Positions 53,921 through 64,000 of a DNA stretch of 64,000 nucleotides are shown here, one piece after another. The number at the start of each line of letters is the position of its first letter. Position 1 is the stretch's first letter. The position numbers and the translations under genes were made by a program. The notes beneath the pieces are model-generated. The model had not been told where the DNA came from, searched no databases, and saw only the letters and a list, made by a program, of their open reading frames with translations. The stretch comes from Octopus vulgaris (lineage: Eukaryota), in NCBI GenBank assembly GCA_951406725.2, contig OX597814.1:160456001-160520000 (forward strand). Direction: 5' to 3'.

Positions 53921-55359
53921 TGCTATATATATATATATGAGTGTGTATGTGTATGTGTTTGTATATATGTAAGTATGTATGAAGGGAAATTAAGACAGAC
54001 ATAAAGAAGTGTGAATGTGTAAACAAACTCTTGACTAAGCAGAAACGCCATTCAATTTACTCCTATCAACAACAACAACAATAACAACAAGAAATCCAAC
54101 ATGATCCATACCAACCTCTGATCATAAATACAAATAACTACGTTAAGTCAACAGAACTACTAACTCTGTGTTGAACGTGGTGGCGTTGGCGATAGTGATG
54201 GCCGCCACGACGGTGGCGGTGGCGATGGCGGTGGAGGCGTTGGTGGTGGTGGTTGTGGTGGTGGGAGGAGTGATTTTTGTGATAATGTTGTCGATGATGA
54301 TGATGATGATGATATTAAGGAGCAAGATAATTATAGTAATTGTTGTAGATTTTTGCTGTTGTTGTTGTTGTTGCTGTTATTTTTATTGTTGTTGATTTTG
54401 TTGTTGTTAATAACTACAGGGGATTCTCAATGCGTCCTTTTGTTTACAAATGTGGTTTTGTTTTGTTAGGCTTTTTTTTTTTTTATTTTGCTTTTTTTGT
54501 TGTTTTGTCTTGTTTTATATTGCTTTTTGTTGCTTTTTGATTTTGTTCTTTTCTTTTTCTTTTCTTTTTGTCGTTTGGATAAAAACAGGAAATATTTCTA
54601 AAGAAATTCTTGCAATCAGACAGTAAATACTGCTCCTCACTCACCCATCTAAAACTATATATACATATATATACATATATATATATTTTGATTCAACGTA
54701 TCCAAGTCTTAAACAAACAGCTGCTGGTATTAAGCTTGATCAAAGACGTCTGCGTTGCACTGTATGCATTCCAGGCAAATTTAAATTTAACAAGTAAAAA
54801 GGTAATAACAAAAGGTGAGATTGAGTCACGCTGTGACCCATAAACCATTAATGAGTTTGTCTTCGAGCACTTTTATCGAGTGCGCATCAGTGGAGTTATC
54901 TTTCCCTGGCTTGAGCCACAAGAATCGTGGAACTCAACACAAGCTGCCAAGTGCATACGATGTATGTATGTATGTATGTATGTATGTATGTATGTATGTA
55001 TTTATGTATGTATGTATTTATGTGTGAATGTGTGTATGTATGTATGTATGTATGTATGTATGTATGTATGTATGTATTTATGTATGTGTGAATCTGTGTG
55101 TGTATGTATGTATGTATGGATGGATGTATGTATTTATGTATGTGTGAATGTGTGTTTGTATGTATGTATGTATGTATTTATGTATGTGTGAATGTGTGTA
55201 TTTATGTATGTGTGAATGTATGTATGTATGTATGTATGTGTGTGTATGTATGTATGCTTGTATGTATGTTTGTATCTGACACATTTGGAAGGGAATATTT
55301 TTATCAAAATTTGAATACCTATTTAAGTGAAACTATTATTGTCTAATAAGTGTTGATAT

Positions 55360-55582
55360 ATTAGTTTCAAATTTTTGGCACAAGTCCAGCAATTTCGAGG
55401 GAAGCAGTAAGTCGATTAAATCGACCCCAGTGCTCAAATGGTACTTATTTTATCGACCCCGAAAGGATAAAAAAAAAATAGAGTCGACTTGGGCGGAATT
55501 TGAACTCAAAATATAAAGACGGACGAAACGCTGAGAAGCATTTTGTTTGGCGTACTAACGATTCAGCCAGTTCGCTGCCTTA
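55360..55582 (-). mobile_element. Meta-SINE family B copy
   Basis: TTTGGCACAAG..ATCGACCCCAGTGCTCAA..TATCGACCCCGAAAGGAT..GGCGGAATTTGAACTC..GCCAGTTCGCTGCCTT. Confidence 0.85.
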
Positions 55583-56049
55583 ATAAATTTTGATACGTAC
55601 TGAGACAACAAAAAAATGGAATTTTTGTATTATCTCCTTTTAATCTATAGCATGTTTATAGATTTGATTGTGATGTATACTTGTCTATTAAACTGGATAT
55701 AAGGAATAAAAGTTGCATGTTTTTTTAAGAACTAAAGTAACTTCACAACCGAATGAAAAATCAAAAGAACCTGAAATGGTAACAAAACAAGAAAAAGAAA
55801 AAGCTCCATCACATACCTATACCAAACAAGCTTAATTATCAGGCGACTATTTGTCTCTACAACGCTTGGAAGCCTCTGTGCCCATCCCATGTTTGTTTAT
55901 TATCAACCCTCAAAGTTAAATTTCAATATGAAACAGTGTTTTTGTTTTTGTTTTTAAATGGATAAAGACGAGATTTTAAATATGCCTTCAAGATGAAAAA
56001 AAAATTCTTTTAAAAAAAAAAATTATTGAATATTTCGTCTGAATGCGTA

Positions 56050-56080
<31 letters not shown>

Positions 56081-56383
56081 TGTATGTATGTATGTATGTA
56101 TGTATGTATGTATGTATGTATGTATGTATGTATGTGTGTATGTATGTATGCATGTATGTATGTATGTATGTGTGAATGTATGTGTGTATGTATGTATGTG
56201 TGTGTATGTATGTATGCATGTATGTGTGAATGTATGTATGTATGTATGTATGTATGTATGTATGTATGTATGTATGTATGGATACAGCTATAAAGGCAGC
56301 GAGCTGGCAGAAAATAAGTAAAAATAAGTACATAATGAGCTCTGAGGTCAAAATACCGGCCTTGTACCAAAATTTGAAACCAT

Positions 56384-56510
<127 letters not shown>

Positions 56511-56970
56511 CGGTGGCTGAGTGTAAAAACGTAAATCCAGACGCTTTTTTTTTTCTCTCCATTGTTTTTCGTCTCTCCAATTGTTTCCTCTTCTCATTCC
56601 TTTCTGAAGAAGAGGATAAAAACCTTTTCCGCTTTTCCTGAGTTTCTTCGTGCTTATAGAAAATGATGTAATGAACACTAACTTTCAAACGAAAAATATT
56701 TATTACCTTAGAATAAAATTAAATACATAGAATTAATCATTAAATATTTGCAATGAATATGTTATTGATTTCGAAAGTTTATTAATATAATCGCAGTCTA
56801 CTTATTGCCTGTCACCAAGCTCAGTATAAGGACTCATCTTGTACCTCTTATGCTGAATATCGTATCGCTGTATATTTCTTTCACTTTATTTCCCCCTCTC
56901 TCTATGCGAAATATGCATACACATACATACATGTGTGTGTGTATGTGTGGTGTATGTATACATTATAAAT

Positions 56971-57005
<35 letters not shown>

Positions 57006-57055
57006 TATACACACTCACACACACATATGGTATGTGTGAGTGTATGCATGTATAC

Positions 57056-57102
<47 letters not shown>

Positions 57103-57111
57103 TATAATAAC

Positions 57112-57159
<48 letters not shown>

Positions 57160-57642
57160 TTGTGTGTGCGTGTGTATGTGTGTATGTGTGTGTGTACATA
57201 ATAATAAGATGTATGAGTCTACATAGATAGAATGGAATATATATGTTATTGCTCCTGTTAGTTGTCTCTTGCAAGTGTATATGACCTGATGACTAGTACC
57301 ACGCTTTCCTTGTTTTACGTATCTCTGCAATTGGGAGCAGACATGGCCGCCTCCTCGGCCCTACCATCTTTGAGTCAACGGAACAACGAGTATGTGTCAG
57401 ATAGAGAAAGAAAGGGCAACAACTATCAACTGGGAAACGTATGCAATCGTAGGCTTAATCAGCTGCCCGGTTTAAAATCCCGACTTACAAAGCAAACATT
57501 ATAGATGATGTTTAACGTGAAGCTCTGCAGAAAGATACTGGAGACATGAACAATGTATTTGTATTAGAGTTTAAATGGATTCACTAGGGTTAGAAGATAC
57601 GATCATTATCGCGAAGATGTCTAATGATTAGTTAAATAGACA

Positions 57643-58440
57643 TAGGCGCAGGAGTGGCTGTGTGGTAAGTAGCTTGCTAACTAATCACATGGTTCTGGGT
57701 TCAGTCCCACTGCGCGGCATCTTGGGCAAGTGTCTTCTGCTATAGCCCCGGGCCGACCAATGCCTTGTGAGTGGATTTGGTAGACGGAAACTGAAAGAAG
57801 CCTGTCGTATATATGTATATATATATGTATATGTGTGTGTGTGTGTGTGCCTGTGTTTGTCCCCCTAGCATTGCTTGACAACCGATGCTGGTGTGTTTAC
57901 GTCCCCGTCACTTAGCGGTTCGGCAAAAGAGACCGATAGAATAAGTACTGGGCTTACAAAAATAAGTCCCGGGGTCGAGTTTCTCGATTAAAGGCGGTGC
58001 TCCAGCATGGCCGCAGTCAAATGACTGAAACAAGTAAAAGAGTAAAGAGTATAGGCGTGACATAGGCGCAGGCATGGCTGTGTGGTAAAAACCCTGCTTC
58101 CCAATCACATGGTTCAGTCCCACTGCATGATACTTTGGGTGAATGTCTTCCACTATAGCCTTGGGCCGACAAAATTCTTATGAGAGGATTTGGTAGATGG
58201 AGACTAAAAGAAGCCCGTCGTATATGTATATGTGTGTGTGTGTGTATTTTCCCCCTCCACCGCTTGACAACCGGTGTTGGTGTGTCCCGTAACTTAGCGG
58301 TTCGGCAGAAGAGACCGATAGAATAAGTACCAGGCTTTAAAAAAATAAGTCTTAAGCTCGATTCATTAGACTAAAACATCTTCAATGCGGTGCCCCATCA
58401 TGGCCGTTGTCAAATGACTGAAGCAAGCAAAGGATAAGAA
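57643..58440 (+). mobile_element. Two tandem full-length CORE-SINE family A copies (57643-58050, 58062-58440)
   Basis: Each starts ATAGGCGCAGG..TGGCTGTGTGGTAA and ends CATGGCCG..GTCAAATGACTGAA plus an A-rich tail. Confidence 0.9.
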
Positions 58441-60192
58441 ATATATACTAAATACATATTATGCTAATTAATGAAAGATGATTTTCTTATCGGATGGATT
58501 AATTTTCTTTGCATATAGTTGATGTTGTTTTTGCTTAAGCAAAGGACAATTTTGATTGAGTAAAACAATGATTAAAGATGTTGTAACCACCATTATCCAG
58601 TCCATTTTCATAGATTATATCTAGAGCAATATTACTAATCCTTTTCTTTAAGACCGTACAGTGTGATTTGAGAGAGATTTTGCTACTATCTCTAATAAGT
58701 TGATCAATTACGTTGAGGTCCCTTCATTGATTGATTTGAAAATAACCACATGTCCCTGTGACTGAAAACAGTAAAAAAAATGTCTGAAATAGAACGTTTA
58801 TAATTTATCATTTAATAAACCTCTTTACTTTGAAGCTGAAACCTGTTTAACTGCTACAATTGCAGTCATGTTAATATAATGTTTAAGTGGGCTTTTTAAT
58901 TGATAGGCAGAATTGTTATATTGATATTATTTTGAGGGCTTTTAATGATATCCCGGGACAGAATTATTAATGCGTCAAATAAGATGTCTTGTGGTAGCTA
59001 TTCCGGACTTTCGCCGAAGTCAACTTTGAATTTCATCATTCAGGGGTCGATAAAACGTAGTAGTCAAGTAGTGGGATCGATGTAATCGAATGTTTCCTGT
59101 CTCCAAATTTGAAACCGTGTGCCCAAGTAAGAAATCAGTAATTTGTATGGCTTAGTCAAAAGAGTAAGGTTACCACCCATGGCCTTTTATGCAGGGAGGA
59201 TCCCTAAGACTGAGTGTGGGGAGAAGAAACCATGCCTAATGTATTAGTATTGTGAACTGAGATATCAAATTATCCTAGCAACATTGAACGTGTCTAAAAG
59301 CTTTCAAAATCTGGACTCCAAATAAAGGCTCTCAAAGCTTACGTGATGGTGTTAAACCAAAACAACCAATTAAGCCTACCAACAAATGCGAAGACAGCCA
59401 TAAGTTAAGCTTCCTTGTAGTTTCCGTCGACCTAATTTCCCATACAAAGCCAGAGTAAGAAACACTTTTTGAAGTATATTGTTCAATGTGATTGAATCAA
59501 AAGCTAAACCACGTGATTAGAGAAGCAAGCTTACTTATCCACAGGTCTGTGTAGAGTTTCAAAAGAGAAAAAAAAACACCATAAGATATTGTCGTATCTT
59601 ATATTTAAAATATTGGAATTTCTTTCAACGCAGACATAAATACGAATATATCTGTTACATCATATATAAATGATAACAGCGATTACGACAATCGTCTGCA
59701 TTTAAACATAAAAAACGACTACTACGACAAATAAAGGCTCAGTAATTATGCTTCTTTAGTATATTGCGATTATTGATGTTTTCCAATCGATTTGCAACAT
59801 AAAATAAATTCATATTTCATGTTAGCTCATTAAAAAAAATAAAAAGAATAACGACAATACTCTGAAAGATATTCAGGAAGTGCAGTAAAGGTAAAAAAAA
59901 AAAAAGAAAGAAAAGGATTAATCGTGATTTGTATATGATATTTATCTACATTGGCTTGCCGCCTACATTTTGTATTTTATATGCATCAATATAGTATGTA
60001 TGCACGTGCAAATGTGTGTATGTGAGCGTATGTATGTATGTAAATATGTGTATATATGCGTATATGCATATGCATATATATGCATAAATGAATGAACATA
60101 AATGCATGCTAGTTGACACAAACTAGAATGTATGGGTATTTGTGTGTATATGTATATATATTTATATGTATGTGTATATATGTATATATATA

Positions 60193-60229
<37 letters not shown>

Positions 60230-60340
60230 ATATATATATATGCATATATATATATATACATACATATACATACATGTTCGTATTCACAAACACAACACAC
60301 ACGTATGATAGCCACGCATACATACGTACATATATACATT

Positions 60341-60435
<95 letters not shown>

Positions 60436-61009
60436 GCACGCACACACATAAGCACTTATTTCTGCTGATAGAAAATACAGAATGCCATACAATATTCAAT
60501 GAGCCAAACATGTGAAAGACTTTAGAACCACCCATTTGCGATAGATCCTTTCGATACGTTTTATCTTGACTTTTATATCAAAATCAAAGAACTATCAAAA
60601 GACTTGTATATTCTTTAAATAGGATTGATATTCTCAACTATGGATATTTCAAAGGAATCGAGGTTGTGTTCGGATGAAAGATTAGAAACATAAAGTCAAT
60701 CTCAGATGAAGTTCAAATAATAAAAAAAAAAGACCAACAACAAATCAAAAATACCAAACAACTGATATGATATCCAAATTGTGATATGCTATATTAATTA
60801 TTAGAATAAAACTATGAGATATTGATTCTGGAAACTAAAGTGTTAAGTATATATGAGTTAAGACACGCCACTGGTAATGTTTAACGTTGGTTACCTGCTG
60901 TCTTTATTTCTCATCTCACTTCTACTGATTTCCGTTGGTCTTAGAGTAACAAATTATATGACTTTGCTTCTGGAAACCTTAGTCGTAAGTACATATATTA
61001 TATTCTATC

Positions 61010-61200
61010 ATTCGCCATGATAGATCGGTAGCCACTACACACATTTTTTTCTCTCCTTGTTTGTTTCTGTGTTCCTTTCTGTGGAAGAGCGTAGGCTCGA
61101 AACGTTAAAGACTTTTTCAATTCCCAAGCGTTATACTAATACATCTATTTGTTTTCTACACCACCCGTCTTCGTCTTTTGTTTTTTCGTGAATTCTCTAC
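61010..61200 (+). mobile_element. Penelope-like pseudo-LTR fragment with hammerhead-like motif at 61075-61110
   Basis: CTTT-CTGTGGA-A-GAGC(GTAG)GCTC-GAAACGTT-AAAG. Reverse-complement homologue of 20575-20780. Confidence 0.7.
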
Positions 61201-62255
61201 ATATATTATATGCTGATATATGATGAGTACAATTCAATTTCGAGCAATAACGTCGTTTCTTCTCTTAAGCCTGAGTATCGTGGATATAGTTTTAAGTTCT
61301 GCTAAGGATCATCACTCTTTTGCTCACATGCAATAATATTGGGCTCCTCTTGTTGCAGGTTTTCAAAGAGCTTACAACTCAGGTGGACACATGTCTTTAT
61401 TCCTTCATGAAATAATTCATCGAGTATTTTCGCCTTTTTTCGGCTACGGCCAGCCATAACATACAACACATTATAGAGATATAAATAGAGATGTTGAAAA
61501 GAAATATCAAGCAAAGCCTACGTCTGAAACTAACAGAAGTGAGAAAAGACCTTACACAGAACCATCTCTTCCATTTAACAACGTATGCATTTGCTCCAAA
61601 AGGACTAGATAACATCATTGGATGCAGATGAAGTCGTCTGTATTAAACAAAGACTAGGGGTTTCTCACTCGCAGCTGTTGGTTGGCTGATTACTCTACTG
61701 AATTTATCCACCCTTTTACAGGTTTTGTTTTTAATCCTGTAGAGTGACCAACAAAATACCAGGTTCCTTATGTCAAAGAATATAGCTTCTTCATTGTAGT
61801 TGCAATGCATGAAACTTTCGTCTCTCAAAAAGTCATTTTGCAACTTCCAGTTTAGAAATTATAGAAAACATATATAAACTTTTGTTTTAAGTCCATTTAT
61901 CCTGTTGTACATATATATATAATTTAGTACCAATTTATATACATAAATAATATATATAAATTTAGTGTAATTCGGGTAAAAACCTTGTAAAGTATATTTA
62001 AGAGGTCTTATGCAGTTATCTGACTACCACATATTATCCTACAGTAGGAGATATTGCATGGCGTGTGGAACTAATCTTTGCATAAGACTGATATAAAAAT
62101 AGTACAATACGCGTGTTATACCTTTCTTGTGTGCTTGTGTATACATTCACAAATATATATATATATACACATACAAGCATGCGTGTATGTATATTTGTGT
62201 ATATGTATATGCACGTATGTACGTATGTATGTATATATATATATATATATATATA

Positions 62256-62474
62256 GGCACGTGGTTTAGTGATTAGGGTATTCGGTTCACGATCGTAAGG
62301 TTGCGAGTTCGATTCCCGTTGCTCCAGTCCACTCAGGTGGCAAAAATGAATTTTATCTGTAATTCAAAATGCCGGTCTTGTCACATAGTGTCTCGCCGAA
62401 TCTCCTTGAGAACTATGTTGAGGGTACACCTGTCTGTGGTGTGCTCAACCACTTGCGCGTTAATTTCACTAGCA
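62256..62474 (+). mobile_element. Third tRNA-headed SINE family, internally deleted copy
   Basis: GGCACGTGGTTTAGTGATTAGGGTATTCGGTTCACGATCGTAAGGTTGCGAGTTCGATTCCC has A and B boxes but no 3' acceptor stem. A non-tRNA body follows, resembling the degenerate antisense segment at about 32830-33100. Confidence 0.65.
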
Positions 62475-62526
62475 TATATGAAATAGTTTAAACGTCTCTA
62501 CAATATTTTGCCTATATCTACATACA

Positions 62527-62605
<79 letters not shown>

Positions 62606-62717
62606 CAGACACACGGATATATATATACATGCTTGCGTGTGAACACAGTTATACACAAACGCACACATTTGAAAGACTTGAATTTTGATAATACTGACAC
62701 ATACTTAGTTGAGCCAG

Positions 62718-62792
<75 letters not shown>

Positions 62793-63416
62793 CAGCGAAT
62801 TTTCCAGAAAAAAGGCATGAATATCATACAATCACATTATCTCTTTTTTTGGGGCCGCTAAAACTAATATTTATGAAATTTGCTCAATAACGAACATAGT
62901 ATAAAACACTTTCAGACTTTCTCTGATCAGAGCCTTCAACATTGCTTTGCAAACGATTAAGACAACCTCGAGTTGCTACAAAAAATAACGGTTACGATGC
63001 TGGTAATGATGATGGTGAATGTGATAGCGATGGTGTTGATGGCTGTGGTGTTAATAATAGTAGTAGAGGTAATCATGGCGGCGGCGGCGGCGGCGGAGAT
63101 GGAAACGATGGTGATGACGAAGCTGGCGATAAGGATTTATCAGTAATCATGGATGGAATTAGTAGTGGTATTGAATTTTTAGCATATAATAATTAAGAAA
63201 CTGATGAAAGAATTCCATGATAGAATCACTGAAATATTTATTTAGTTTTCATTTTTGAAAGTTTCTTTTTTTATTTTTAAGGTGGATATGTTCAGTAAGA
63301 AATTAATTTTGTTTTTCTTTTCAATTCACCAGGGGGCCGCATCAACGACAATAATTTTTGACCATTTCTTGTTAATTTAACTGAATAACTCTGATATATT
63401 ATTATTATTATTATTA

Positions 63417-63477
<61 letters not shown>

Positions 63478-63624
63478 CATTATTATTTTCATTCAAACTG
63501 AAGTCCTGGTGACAATGCGTTTCATTCTCTCGCTCCTTCCTAATTTCTTTCTTCGAATCACTCCCGAATCCATCCTTGAACTTGCAACGTTACTTACCAG
63601 CTCTTTTCTTTCATTTTTCTACAC

Positions 63625-63930
63625 TAACTTCCAATGTCAAAGTTGATCAATAGGAATAATGAAGAGAAAGTCTCCTTGGGCCATGAAAAACCGTTAGTAG
63701 AGTTAAGCAGTAAGTTCAGAGCACTGCCGTGACCTGTTCTCCAACGATGACTGACTGGGTCGGCAAAGAAGCACTCCAAATGGTGAGAAGTAAAACCAAG
63801 AGCAGATAACCGGGGAAAACATCTCAGCGTGGCCAGAAGCAATTCCTTTGGACTACACAATACGCTAATTAAGCGAGTCTAAACATCACTTTCATGGAGG
63901 ATATCTGGGAAAGATTGATACATAGATAAA
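63625..63930 (-). mobile_element. Highly degenerate CR1/Jockey-like LINE ORF2 fragment
   Basis: Frameshifted LRCF.P.YLL and SH.IWSAS resemble RxxFSPxQLLxLY..CSHIWGG; weak match. Confidence 0.3.
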
Positions 63931-64000
63931 GAAAAAGTTCTTAAATATACCTCGGGTCATGATCTTTTTCTTGTGGCTCTAACTACCATAGCAGTGTAGA

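Noticed and set aside
57255-57290. YTCKRQLTG in a minus-strand ORF, resembling LIM2 CKRQLSTG
   Set aside because: Wrong strand relative to the LIM1 exon, and none of the other LIM ligands or splice sites are present.
62256-62320. Functional tRNA gene
   Set aside because: A and B boxes are present, but there is no acceptor-stem complement or terminator; it continues into a SINE body.

Overview
Animal nuclear DNA, most likely Octopus or another coleoid cephalopod. This is inferred from the extreme microsatellite density and from tRNA-derived CORE- and Meta-domain SINEs; I could not check a database. Only one convincing host coding exon is visible: a 176-bp + strand exon (11071-11246) encoding a complete LIM domain that best resembles Lhx6/8 (Arrowhead). 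No second LIM or homeobox exon was found downstream, so the rest of the window looks like a >52 kb intron, with >11 kb of intron or upstream sequence before the exon. Nearly all ORF-track entries are translations of microsatellites. The non-coding space holds a tRNA-Asn pseudogene, Tc1/mariner remnants, two Merlin-type MITEs carrying telomeric repeats, a solo LTR, LINE fragments (RTE, CR1, CRE, R4/NeSL-like, Tx1/L1) and more than 25 SINE copies. Best leads: (i) a candidate recursive splice site (TAG|GTGAGT at 28678/9) built from an antisense LINE tail; (ii) at least seven Penelope-type minimal hammerhead ribozyme motifs, four sense to the Lhx pre-mRNA and three sharing a non-canonical core; (iii) covarying 3'-tail stem-loops linking a SINE family to a CR1 LINE; (iv) several long fold-back structures that could be ADAR substrates. 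No CRISPR or prokaryotic system is present, and none of these leads is a proven new system.
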